From: an uncultured Gammaproteobacteria bacterium
GTDB taxonomy: Bacteria; Pseudomonadota; Gammaproteobacteria; DRLM01
Direction: 5' to 3'
Assembly (NCBI GenBank): GCA_963729605.1
Contig: CAVSNY010000007.1
Location: 96,001-160,000, forward strand
Length of the DNA stretch: 64,000 nt
A program made the position numbers and the translations under genes. Position 1 is the stretch's first letter, and the number at the start of each line of letters is the position of its first letter. This document shows, piece after piece, positions 42,252 through 51,421 of this stretch. The notes beneath the pieces are model-generated. The model did not search any database and was not told the DNA's origin. It saw nothing but the letters and a program-made list of their open reading frames with translations.

Positions 42252-43093
42252 TGATGATGACCTGGTTGATCGTGCTCGGGGAAGCGGTCCTGATATTGCT
42301 CATCGTGTTGGGCGTCATGGCCTGGAGGGCGTTGCGTAAACGGGCGCGGGAACGCGCCGCCGTCGGCACCTTGGTGAAAAGCATCACCGATAATCAGGCC
42401 GCCCGCGCGGAAAAATTGGCCAGTCGCCTGAAGGACAGCGCCCACCTCGACGACGCCGATGCCTTGGCCAAGGCCCATGAGCTCATCAAAAAACAAAACC
42501 GTTTTTATCAAGACGCGATCGATCTGTATTTCAACCGCAACAATGAAGTGCTGAGCCGGCTCGATCATCGTCTCGAAGATCTCATGGAGCAATATCATAT
42601 CTTCGTGAGCCCGGCTCAACCCGAGGCCAATCCCGGACTGCCCGAAGTCGACAAGGTGGCGCTGGAGAAATTGTCCACAGAGATCGCCGAACTGACCAAA
42701 AACGTGGAAGGCCTGCGTGGGGAAAACGCCGCTCTCCATCAACAGCTCAAGGCGGCGGAACAGGAATTGGATCACCTCGGCCGCGAATACACGTCCGCCT
42801 TCAACAAAGACAAAAGTGCGAAAGCGGAGCCGCGGGGGCTGACCGATGTCGCGCAAACCGCCCCGCTCATGGACGAGTTGTTCACGTCGCCGTCATCCGC
42901 CGCCATGCCGGCCACAGGGTCGGCGAGCAGCCGGGACGGTGACGATGAGCCGCCCAAGGACCGGCGGAACGCCGATGAGCAACGGCCCGCGGACCCCGAC
43001 AATCAAGACCGCGGCCTGCTCGCGGACCTGGATTTAAGTGAATTGATCGGAGAAGACGGCACGCTGAAACCCAATGACGGCAAGCGCGGCTGA
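42248..43093 (+). CDS. Single-TM coiled-coil hypothetical protein
   Basis: N-terminal TM helix, heptad region, acidic tail; ATGA overlap with the VWA gene. Confidence 0.75.
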   Translation: MMMMTWLIVLGEAVLILLIVLGVMAWRALRKRARERAAVGTLVKSITDNQAARAEKLASRLKDSAHLDDADALAKAHELIKKQNRFYQDAIDLYFNRNNEVLSRLDHRLEDLMEQYHIFVSPAQPEANPGLPEVDKVALEKLSTEIAELTKNVEGLRGENAALHQQLKAAEQELDHLGREYTSAFNKDKSAKAEPRGLTDVAQTAPLMDELFTSPSSAAMPATGSASSRDGDDEPPKDRRNADEQRPADPDNQDRGLLADLDLSELIGEDGTLKPNDGKRG

Positions 43094-43215
43094 GCGGCGC
43101 GTTTGTCGGCGGGAGACGACGATAATCCGCCCGCCGTCCCTGTCGGTGCCGATAAATCTGTATATAATCATCCCGCTGAGAAAACTAGAACAATCCTTAA
43201 TAAGGAGCAGGCCGC

Positions 43216-43521
43216 ATGCCCGATTCAGTGGAGCGACCCATGGCATCGGAGGAAACCGAAGGGCGCGTGAGGGAGACTTTTCCCATCGAGCAATCTCCGG
43301 AAGAGTTCGCCGCGCGGGATGGTTATGGTTGGTTGGATTTTCCGTTCGCCCGCTTTCGTTTTCGCGACCCTCGGCTCGATGCCTGGATACAAGAAGTGGG
43401 CGACATCCTCCGCGCGCCGGAGAAATTGCGCGAGTGCCAGGCCAAGTACCTCAATGCCGCCGAGATGCAGTTGATCCGCAAATACATGCAAGACGACGAC
43501 GAGCGTTTGGACGGCGATTGA
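43216..43521 (+). CDS. Small acidic hypothetical protein
   Basis: AAGGAG RBS; 101 aa; convergent with the Sel1 gene. Confidence 0.6.
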   Translation: MPDSVERPMASEETEGRVRETFPIEQSPEEFAARDGYGWLDFPFARFRFRDPRLDAWIQEVGDILRAPEKLRECQAKYLNAAEMQLIRKYMQDDDERLDGD

Positions 43522-43857
43522 TTAATCGGTTTCGCCGTCGGCGCGCTGCAGGCGCCGCAGATGGTTTAAGGCGATGGGATCGCCCTGCCGCGCCGCGAGC
43601 CGGTAGAGATGCATCGCCTCATCGCGATTGCGGGCGACGCCCTCGCCGCGTTCCAGGAATTCACCCAAGTCCCGTTGTGCCTGAGGATGGCCTTGCTCCG
43701 CCGCGCGGCGCAGCCATTCCAAACCGGCGCCGAGATCACGCGGCACGCCACGTCCCCGCAAAAACCGCAGCGCCAGCAAACGTTGGGCGCGGGCGATGCC
43801 CTGTTCCGCGTCTTCGGTCAACAGGCGGAGTTTCGCTTGATCGTCGCGCGTATTCAT
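43522..43857 (-). CDS. Sel1-repeat protein
   Basis: AEQG...AQ..L...G.GV.RD...W.RRAAEQG repeats. Confidence 0.85.
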   Translation of the reverse strand: MNTRDDQAKLRLLTEDAEQGIARAQRLLALRFLRGRGVPRDLGAGLEWLRRAAEQGHPQAQRDLGEFLERGEGVARNRDEAMHLYRLAARQGDPIALNHLRRLQRADGETD

Positions 43858-43950
43858 CGGATTTCAAGCCGCGCGGCTAAAGGCGGCTCCCTTGGCGGGC
43901 GGGGTGTAAAGGCGTACACTGCGGGCTCGATTTTAGCGAGAGATTTCGAA

Positions 43951-44433
43951 ATGCGCATCGCCAATCACAAAGTGGTTTCCATAGATTACACCTTGACCGA
44001 TGGGCAGGGAACGGTAATCGACAGCTCGAACGGCCACGAGCCGCTGGCCTATATCCACGGCACCGGCAACATCATTCCCGGCCTGGAAACGGCGCTGGAA
44101 GGCAAACAGGCCGGCGAACGCGTCAACGCGGTGATCCCGCCCGAACAGGCGTACGGCGTGCGCGACGAAGCGCGGGTGCAGCAACTGTCGCGCGACGTGT
44201 TCGATACCGATGAGGAAATCACGGTGGGCATGCGTTTTCACGCCATGAGCGAAAACGGTCCCCAGGTGGTCACCGTGGTGGGCGTGGAAGGCGATGAGGT
44301 CACCATCGACGCCAATCATCCGCTGGCCGGCATGACCCTGCATTTCGACGTCACTATCGCCGAAGTGCGCGACGCCTCCGAAGAAGAACTCAGCCACGGC
44401 CACGTGCACGGCCCGGGCGGCCACGATCATTGA
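43951..44433 (+). CDS. slyD: FKBP-type peptidyl-prolyl isomerase SlyD
   Basis: VVSIDYTL, IIPGLE, DANHPLAG and a His-rich tail HGHVHGPGGHDH. Confidence 0.93.
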   Translation: MRIANHKVVSIDYTLTDGQGTVIDSSNGHEPLAYIHGTGNIIPGLETALEGKQAGERVNAVIPPEQAYGVRDEARVQQLSRDVFDTDEEITVGMRFHAMSENGPQVVTVVGVEGDEVTIDANHPLAGMTLHFDVTIAEVRDASEEELSHGHVHGPGGHDH

Positions 44434-44477
44434 GCGTTGCGTGGCAGGGTTTCGGGGAAGCGCTGAAAAAATCTTTT

Positions 44478-44551
44478 AACCGCCGGGGACGCCCAGAAAA
44501 AAGTTTCCACGACTAGAGAAAATCCTTGGTGCTTTTGGCGTCTTGGCGGTT
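44478..44551. repeat. Imperfect REP-like inverted repeat between convergent genes
   Basis: AACCGCC-GGG-GACGCC ... GGCGTC-TT-GGCGGTT. Confidence 0.5.
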
Positions 44552-44585
44552 CAAGATGAATCAACCACTCGTATTGCCGCGCTGA

Positions 44586-45395
44586 TTATCCGTCGCGATA
44601 AAAGCGCCGCGTCACGCGCCGCCAGGCGCCCAGTAATAAAATGCCCCAGCCTATTTCCGCGCCGCCTCCGCCACTTTGGGCCGCGGTGCTGACGTTGCCG
44701 GCGGTGCCGCTGTCCGGGGTGGTGCTGCCGGGATCGGTGAGTGTGTACAACGTCACCATCCCTAATTTATCGTCGGGCTGCAAAAATTCGATGTCGCCGG
44801 TGGTGGAGTTCATGATCGCGGTGACCTGCTGCGGCGGGGTCGTCTCGTCGGGGTGATCCAGCCCCAGGGCATGGCCGAACTCGTGGCGCATTACGCGGCG
44901 AAAATCGTAGACGGAACCATTGCTCGGCAGGTTGCCGGCTAAATGGGCGCTCCAGTTGCGGCTCTGGTCGACCACGATGTCGGTGTCGACGTGATAAAGC
45001 GTGTTACCGGCCAGACGATAGGAGCGGGTGGTGATGGCGAGCGCGTCGCCGAAGGAATCGCCGTTGCAGTCCGTGAAACGCCAGCCCGCCGCGTTATTAC
45101 GATCGCCGGAGTTGCAGGGCTGGGCCGCGGTAGTGGCCACCTGCCATTGGAGACGCGTGCCCACCTCGTTCCAGTCGGCCAGCGCCACCTCGGCGCTGGT
45201 GTTGAAGGCGCCGCCGAAATTGAGGGTGAAAGCCACCGAGTTTTCCCGCCAAACCACGGGTGTTCCATTCCCGAGGGTTTGATTGGGTACCGCCCCGCCG
45301 TTACCGTCATGCACGGTATAGGCGAAGGCCGAGGCCAGCGCCGGAAACAGCATGGCCGCCAGGGCGATGAGACGCGGCGCGCGCATAGACCTCAC
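44586..45395 (-). CDS. Matrixin (M10-like) zinc metalloprotease with GlyGly-CTERM-like sorting signal
   Basis: Signal peptide, HEFGHALGLDH, Met-turn AIMNS and C-terminal SGGGG-hydrophobic-RRxxRR. Confidence 0.85.
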   Translation of the reverse strand: MRSMRAPRLIALAAMLFPALASAFAYTVHDGNGGAVPNQTLGNGTPVVWRENSVAFTLNFGGAFNTSAEVALADWNEVGTRLQWQVATTAAQPCNSGDRNNAAGWRFTDCNGDSFGDALAITTRSYRLAGNTLYHVDTDIVVDQSRNWSAHLAGNLPSNGSVYDFRRVMRHEFGHALGLDHPDETTPPQQVTAIMNSTTGDIEFLQPDDKLGMVTLYTLTDPGSTTPDSGTAGNVSTAAQSGGGGAEIGWGILLLGAWRRVTRRFYRDG

Positions 45396-45973
45396 GGCGT
45401 ATCGGCCGGGCCGGTTAGTTTGGCGCGCACCCGCCCTAGAAATCCCGCCAGGGTTTCAGGTTGGGTGGCGGACAATTGGGCGGCCAGGCCGGCGTGCGCC
45501 GCATCGGCGGTGGCGGGCAGTACCACCTCGCGGCCCGCGCCGTCGCGGAGCACCTGATAAACACCTTGGTTGATGCCCACCACCGGAAAAAAGTCCCGGA
45601 AGTTGCCGCGGATGAATAACACGTAGCGCTGGCCGGGGCGCAATTGCGGCAGACCGGGATGGACATCGATCCGGTCACCCACCCGGCCGCCGGCGATCCG
45701 CAAGGTATAGTGCGCCGTGTCCAGCCGGCCCTTCACGATCTCGAGGTCTTTAAGGATGACTTGAGTGCGGATGATTTTGTGGTCGGGGGCGTCGTAGCCG
45801 CTGCGCAGTTCGCTGACCGTGCCCACCAATACCAGCTCCGACAGGGACACCAGTTCATCGAAAGAGCGCGGCACCACGCTGAGCGCGCCGGCCGGGGTCG
45901 CCAGCAATAAGGCCACCACCCCGGCCCAGGCGCAACGAAAGAGGGAGTGGTGATATGCTGCGGACATGACCAT
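45392..45973 (-). CDS. Exported hypothetical protein, possible TIMP/NTR-like OB fold
   Basis: Signal peptide ending AGA; pattern SFDELV..SELVLVGTV...LEIVKG...PGQRYVLF; 4-bp overlap with the protease gene. Confidence 0.65.
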   Translation of the reverse strand: MVMSAAYHHSLFRCAWAGVVALLLATPAGALSVVPRSFDELVSLSELVLVGTVSELRSGYDAPDHKIIRTQVILKDLEIVKGRLDTAHYTLRIAGGRVGDRIDVHPGLPQLRPGQRYVLFIRGNFRDFFPVVGINQGVYQVLRDGAGREVVLPATADAAHAGLAAQLSATQPETLAGFLGRVRAKLTGPADTP

Positions 45974-46210
45974 AGCTTACTGAAAGGCGGGCCGATCACA
46001 AGGCCATTCGTCGCGCCGGCGCGGCCGCGCCCTGATCCGGCCGGGCCGGGGGAGCGCGGGAAGTCAACTTTTTTATCGGACGGCCGATCCGCTTGGGGCT
46101 CCCCCCGATCGGCGTATTACCTATTAGGGTCATGAGATAAGCTTGCATGTTCCGCCGCCTTCCGCGCGGCAAGCCCTGCGGTCGCCATCGGCGACTTCGA
46201 GAAGTGAGCC

Positions 46211-46831
46211 ATGGAAGTTCTATTCAATACCTTTGTGGTGTTGTTCATCGTCATCGACCCGGTGGGTCTGGCGCCGATGTTTTTGGGGCTGACCCGCGGC
46301 GGCACGGCCGCCTATCAGCGCAAGATGGCCATCCGCGGCACGGCCTTGGCCAGCGGCATGTTGCTGGTGTTCTTTTTCTTCGGCGATGTCTTGCTCGCCG
46401 CTTTAGGAATAGGCCTGCCGGCCTTCCGCATCGCCGGCGGCGCGCTGCTGTTCCTGCTGGCGATCGACATGGTGTTCGCCCGTCAATCGGGCCTGCGCTC
46501 CACCACCACCCGCGAACAGCGGGAGGCCGAACATAAGGAAGACATCTCGGTATTCCCGCTGGCCTTCCCGCTCATCGCCGGGCCCGGCGCGCTCACCACC
46601 GTGCTGCTGATGTCGTCGAGCTGGAAGGAACCGGTGGTGTTCGCCGGCATGTTGGCCGTGTTGCTGCTGGTGCTGGGTATGACCCTGCTGTCCTTGCTGT
46701 GGGCCGGCGTTCTTTTGAGATTTCTCGGCGAGACCGGTACCAACGTCATCAGCCGGCTGTTCGGTTTGGTGCTGGCCGCCCTCGCCGTCCAGTATATTTT
46801 GGATGGCTTGCGCAGCGCCTGGGCGGGTTAA
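46211..46831 (+). CDS. marC: MarC family membrane protein
   Basis: IVIDPVG, FRIAGG, PLAFPLIAGPG and SRLFGLVLAA. Confidence 0.92.
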   Translation: MEVLFNTFVVLFIVIDPVGLAPMFLGLTRGGTAAYQRKMAIRGTALASGMLLVFFFFGDVLLAALGIGLPAFRIAGGALLFLLAIDMVFARQSGLRSTTTREQREAEHKEDISVFPLAFPLIAGPGALTTVLLMSSSWKEPVVFAGMLAVLLLVLGMTLLSLLWAGVLLRFLGETGTNVISRLFGLVLAALAVQYILDGLRSAWAG

Positions 46832-47367
46832 AACATCTCCAATTCCAGTACCAGCTTCCCGTCGCGTACGTTGATGGCCTTGATCTCGCGGCCCAGCGGT
46901 TGTTTTGATTCGCCGAGCTGGCCCAGTACGTAAATGGGCCGACTGTTGAGCATCTCGCGCGCCGCCTGTTCGGCGATCCGGCGGAGCTCGCCGGCATAGG
47001 GTTCGGGTACGCCGTCGATGGCCAATTCCTCCACGGTGGCGTCGCGCAGATAAAACTCGCCGCTCGCCGGCTCGAAACGCAAACCGCCGGTCAGCTGCGC
47101 CCGGCCGGCCACGGGCCATTGCAGCAGCGTGCCCGACAATTTCAAACCCAAACCGATGCGGTCGCCGCCTTCGCGCAGCACCACCCGCGGCTCGCTGAGC
47201 AGCAGGTCGTACAGCGGCTCTTGATGGGAGACCGGAAAAAGCCGCTCGACCTTGCGCTGTAAATCCGCTTGCCCGAGCTCGACCACGTAATTCATGGCCA
47301 GCGCCGGTACCGTCGCCGCCAGCGCGCAGACCGCCGCAGCGCGGGTCAGCCAATGTCGTATTCGCAT
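46828..47367 (-). CDS. DUF1439-like exported protein
   Basis: Signal peptide, LQRKVERLFP, PIYVL and IKAINVRDGKLVLE. Confidence 0.75.
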   Translation of the reverse strand: MRIRHWLTRAAAVCALAATVPALAMNYVVELGQADLQRKVERLFPVSHQEPLYDLLLSEPRVVLREGGDRIGLGLKLSGTLLQWPVAGRAQLTGGLRFEPASGEFYLRDATVEELAIDGVPEPYAGELRRIAEQAAREMLNSRPIYVLGQLGESKQPLGREIKAINVRDGKLVLELEMF

Positions 47368-47466
47368 AGTGTTACCTCGATTGAAGACAGGGTTTCGACC
47401 CCGTGGGACGGGCCGTGTTCAGATGCATTGCAGCACGAATCAGCGAGGGTGCGTGAACGGCGCCGT

Positions 47467-50349
47467 TTACGGTGAACCGGCGGGCGGGTTTTCCGTGTTG
47501 CGATGCTGCTGCAACAGGCGCTGAAATTCCTCGGGCGTGATCTTGGGTTTGGAGAAACGCGGCATCTCCACCTTGAGGGCATTGGGCTGGATGTGCGGCG
47601 CGCCTTGCGCCGGCCGGTAGAGCAAATCGTAACCGCCGATCGCCAGATTCGCGGGCACCGTCAGTTGCGCACGGCCTTGGTCATCGAGCGCGGTCTTGAG
47701 CAGCGGTGACGGCCGCAGCGCGGTCAGACCGGCGTACAACACGCCGCGATGCAGTATCAGGTTGGTGCCCGCGCCCATCCCCGGCTGCGGCGGGACGGCG
47801 AGGGGTCGGCGCGGATCGCTGAGGTCCACGGTCTGCAGGCCCTGCGCGGTGGCGAGGTATAACACGCCCTCGCCCCAGGCCAGATCGAGCAACGGCCGGC
47901 CGAGGTCGAGCTCGGCGAGCAACTCCATTTTTCCGCCGCCGATGCGGTACACGCTGAGTCGCTCGCGGCGGGTTTGATCCAGCGCCGCGAGCAAATCGCC
48001 CTGGCCGCGCAGTGCCGCGGCGGGTCGCGGCGGTTCCAGCGCCGTGATCCCCGCCGCGCGCCAGGCCTCGGCGCCGTATCCCACGTAGACTTGCCCGCCT
48101 TGCGGCCACGGTTCGCCGACCTTGTCCGCCGTGCTGCCGGTCAGGCGGGGTTGCAGCGGCTGGGCGAGATCGAAGACCAGGCCCCGCCCGCCGGCGAGGG
48201 CGTACAAGCGGGCGCCGTCCGCGCGCAGCGTGTCCACCTCATGGTCGGTCCGCAGCCGTGTCACCAGCCGCGCCTCTATCGGCTGGCTGAGTTCGATGAC
48301 CGCGATGCCGCCCTCCGCCAGGCCGACATAGGCGGCGTCGCCGCCGACGGCGACGCTGAGCGCCGCGGCCGGCAGCTCCACGCCGGTGACCCAGGTGGGA
48401 TTGAGCGGATTCTTGATGTCGAAGATTTGCAGCCCGCCTGCGCCGTGGGCGACGTAGAGGTAATCGCCCTGCGCCGCATCCTGCCGCGGCGTGCCGCGCT
48501 CGGCGTAACGAACGAGATCGGGTTCGGCGCGGTCGCGCGGATTCAGCACCGCGAAGCCGCCCCACCAATCCAGCACATAAGCCCGGCCGTCGCCGCCGGC
48601 GCGGATGCCCCACGCCGCGCCGGGGGTGTCGTAGCTGTATTTCACTACCGGCCGCGCCGGGTCGGCGACGTTCACCACGTGCACGCCCGCCAGCCAGTCG
48701 GCGAGATAAAGGTCGTCGCCGTGCAGGTCGAGTCCGCGGGCGTTGCCGGGGGTGGCGAGTTCGGCGAGCACCCGCGGCGCGGCGGGCGCGCTGACGTCGG
48801 CGAGTTTGAGGCCTTGATCGAAATAGGCGAGATAGGCGATGCCGCCGCGCACCAGCACCTCTTCCAAGCGGCCGCCGCTATCGTAGGCGCCGACCGCGCG
48901 CGGCTGCGCCGGGTCGCTCACGTCGTAGATCAGCAAGCCGGCCGCGTCGTCGGCGACGTAGAGCGTGTTGCCGCTGATCGCCAGCGACCAGGCCATGCCG
49001 GGCGTGGCGACGTCGGCGATGAGTTTGGGCGCGGTGGGTTGACGGACGTCGATGATCTGGAAACCGCCGCGGTGGCTGGCGAGGTACAGCAGATCGCCGG
49101 CGAGCTTGGGGGTGTAGGCGAGGCCGGGCGTCGCGAGGTTGGCGACGATGCGCGGCCGGCCGGGGTCGCCGATGTCCACCACTTGCAGGCCGTGGTCGTC
49201 GTCGGCGACGTAGGCGTAATCGCCGCGCACCGCCACGCCTTTGGCCGAGCCCGGCGTGCGCAGGCTGGACAGCAGACGCGGTTGCCGCGGATCGCCGACG
49301 TCGTAAATGTGCAGGCCGGAAAACCAGTCGGCGACGTAGACCCGGTCGCCCACCACGTCGGCGCGGCGCTGGCCGCCGAAATTCACGCCGCGGCCGACGT
49401 CCAGTCCGGCGTTGCTGATTTGCGGCGGCTCGGCGTCGAAGCCGATCAAGGAAATGGCGTTGGGCGTCGCCACCCAGGCCTCGTCGCCCGCCACCGCCAG
49501 GGCCTGAATGCGCGGTTCGGACAAGACCTGTTTCGCGCTGAAGGAAGGCTGCGCGGCGTTGAACACGTCCACCCGGCTGACCGCGCCGTCGTCGCTCGCC
49601 ACCCACACGCTGTCACCGCGCGCCGCGACCTTGACCGCGTTGCCGAGCTGGCCGGTGCTGCCCAGCCACAAGGGATGGGCGGCCTCCTGCACGTCGAGTA
49701 TCAACAGGCCTGCGTCGTGTTGCGCCACGTAAGCCCGGCCTTCGCTGACCGCCACGTCGTGGGTCGCGCCGCGGGTCGGGTAGCGGACGGCGAGGCGGGC
49801 GCGGGCGGGATCGCCGATATCCCAGATCAGCAGCTCCTCGCGGCCGGTGGCCTGCAAGGCGTATTGGCCGGCAATGGCGACGCCGGCACCCGCCTCCGGC
49901 AGGGTGAAGCGCCAGCCCAGTTTGGGGAGGCGCGGATCACTGAGATCCAGGCCGAGAACCTGGCCGTCGTCGAGCCGCAACAGGACATCGCCGGCGTGGC
50001 GCTGCAGACCGGCGATGGGCGCGTCGGCCCGATAGCGGCCAAGCGTGTCGCCGGGCGCGCGGAGGTCGAGGACTTCCAGCGTGTCGTGCGCGACGCGATA
50101 GGCCAGGCCGCGCCGCGGGTCGAGGCCGAGGATGTGATTGTTCGGCAGCGGCAGGGACGCGGTGAGATGCGGACCGCCGGGGACGAGCATCACCTCGCCC
50201 GGACCCGGCGCGCTGATGTGTATGGATGTGACCTTGCCGTTGGGCACGCCGGCCGGTTCCACGATCAAGGCCGCGGCCTGGACGACCGGCGCCAAACAGG
50301 CGGTCAGCCAAATCAAGGTGAGCGCGCGGCGCGCGGTGTAGTCGGGCAT
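47467..50349 (-). CDS. Secreted LVIVD-repeat (beta-propeller) protein, ~960 aa
   Basis: Many repeats of YVAD...GL.I.DV.DP..P.....TPG.A; likely start MPDYTARR at 50349 (the longer ORF overlaps tas). Confidence 0.88.
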   Translation of the reverse strand: MPDYTARRALTLIWLTACLAPVVQAAALIVEPAGVPNGKVTSIHISAPGPGEVMLVPGGPHLTASLPLPNNHILGLDPRRGLAYRVAHDTLEVLDLRAPGDTLGRYRADAPIAGLQRHAGDVLLRLDDGQVLGLDLSDPRLPKLGWRFTLPEAGAGVAIAGQYALQATGREELLIWDIGDPARARLAVRYPTRGATHDVAVSEGRAYVAQHDAGLLILDVQEAAHPLWLGSTGQLGNAVKVAARGDSVWVASDDGAVSRVDVFNAAQPSFSAKQVLSEPRIQALAVAGDEAWVATPNAISLIGFDAEPPQISNAGLDVGRGVNFGGQRRADVVGDRVYVADWFSGLHIYDVGDPRQPRLLSSLRTPGSAKGVAVRGDYAYVADDDHGLQVVDIGDPGRPRIVANLATPGLAYTPKLAGDLLYLASHRGGFQIIDVRQPTAPKLIADVATPGMAWSLAISGNTLYVADDAAGLLIYDVSDPAQPRAVGAYDSGGRLEEVLVRGGIAYLAYFDQGLKLADVSAPAAPRVLAELATPGNARGLDLHGDDLYLADWLAGVHVVNVADPARPVVKYSYDTPGAAWGIRAGGDGRAYVLDWWGGFAVLNPRDRAEPDLVRYAERGTPRQDAAQGDYLYVAHGAGGLQIFDIKNPLNPTWVTGVELPAAALSVAVGGDAAYVGLAEGGIAVIELSQPIEARLVTRLRTDHEVDTLRADGARLYALAGGRGLVFDLAQPLQPRLTGSTADKVGEPWPQGGQVYVGYGAEAWRAAGITALEPPRPAAALRGQGDLLAALDQTRRERLSVYRIGGGKMELLAELDLGRPLLDLAWGEGVLYLATAQGLQTVDLSDPRRPLAVPPQPGMGAGTNLILHRGVLYAGLTALRPSPLLKTALDDQGRAQLTVPANLAIGGYDLLYRPAQGAPHIQPNALKVEMPRFSKPKITPEEFQRLLQQHRNTENPPAGSP

Positions 50350-50360
50350 GGCCACTCGTT

Positions 50361-51401
50361 TCACGGACAGGGATTGGGATGGTTTTGGTGAATCTCTTCG
50401 ATGCCGCTCAACACCGCCGGCGGCAGTTCGAGCTCGAGGCTGGCGATGTTGCGGCCCAGTTGTTCCAGGCTGGTGGCGCCCACCAGGGTGCTGGTCGTGA
50501 AGGGCCGGTGCATCACATAGGCCAGCGCCATTTGCGCGGGATCGAGACCGTGCTCGCGGGCGAGTTTCACGTAGGCCTCGGTGGCGGCCAGCCCGCGCGG
50601 GCCGGTGTAGCGGCGGAAGCGTTCGAAGCGGGTGAGCCGCGCCCCCGCCGGACGCTGACCCTCGAGGTATTTGCCCGAGAGCACGCCAAAGCCCAAAGGT
50701 GAATAGGCCAGCAGGCCGACGTTCTCGCGGTGGGCGATCTCCGCCAGCCCCACTTCGAAGCTGCGGTTGAGCAGGTTGTAGGGATTTTGAATACTCACCA
50801 CCCGCGGCAGATTGTATTCCTTCGCGAGCTGGAGAAAATGCATCACCCCCCACGGCGTTTCGTTGGAGACGCCGATGTGGCGGATCTTGCCGGCGCGCAC
50901 CAGTTCGCCTAGCACCTGCAAAGTCTCGATGATGGGCACGTCGTCGTCGGCGGGCTGATATTCGTAGCCGAGCTGGCCGAAGAAATTGGTCTTGCGATCG
51001 GGCCAGTGCAGTTGATAGAGATCCATGTAATCGGTTTGCAGGCGTTTGAGACTGGCGTCCAGGGCGGCGATGAGGTGCTCGCGGTTGAGACGCGGATTGC
51101 CGTCGCGGATCCACGTGAGATCGGTGGCGCGGCTGGCCGCCTTGGTGGCGAGGATCACCTCGCCGCGGCGGCCGCGCTGTTTCAGCCAGTTCCCGATGTA
51201 TTCCTCGGTACGGCCATAGGTCTCGGCCTTGGGCGGCACCGGGTACATCTCGGCGGTGTCGATGAAATTGACGCCGGCCTCGTAGGCGTAGTCCAGTTGC
51301 TCATGGGCCTCGGCCTCGCTGTTCTGCTCGCCGAAGGTCATGGTGCCGAGGCCCACCGCGCTGACCTTGATCTCGCTGCGACCCAAATGACGGTATTCCA
51401 T
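50361..51401 (-). CDS. tas: NADP(H)-dependent aldo-keto reductase Tas
   Basis: GLGTMTFGEQN, DTAEMYPVPP, DLYQLHWPDR and GVSNETPWG. Confidence 0.93.
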   Translation of the reverse strand: MEYRHLGRSEIKVSAVGLGTMTFGEQNSEAEAHEQLDYAYEAGVNFIDTAEMYPVPPKAETYGRTEEYIGNWLKQRGRRGEVILATKAASRATDLTWIRDGNPRLNREHLIAALDASLKRLQTDYMDLYQLHWPDRKTNFFGQLGYEYQPADDDVPIIETLQVLGELVRAGKIRHIGVSNETPWGVMHFLQLAKEYNLPRVVSIQNPYNLLNRSFEVGLAEIAHRENVGLLAYSPLGFGVLSGKYLEGQRPAGARLTRFERFRRYTGPRGLAATEAYVKLAREHGLDPAQMALAYVMHRPFTTSTLVGATSLEQLGRNIASLELELPPAVLSGIEEIHQNHPNPCP

Positions 51402-51421
51402 GGCACGCCTCCGCTGTGGAT

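Noticed and set aside
47974-51114. 805-aa plus-strand ORF, and the 1215-aa extension of the LVIVD ORF
   Set aside because: The first is an antisense shadow. The extension overlaps tas in another frame, and the signal peptide begins at 50349.
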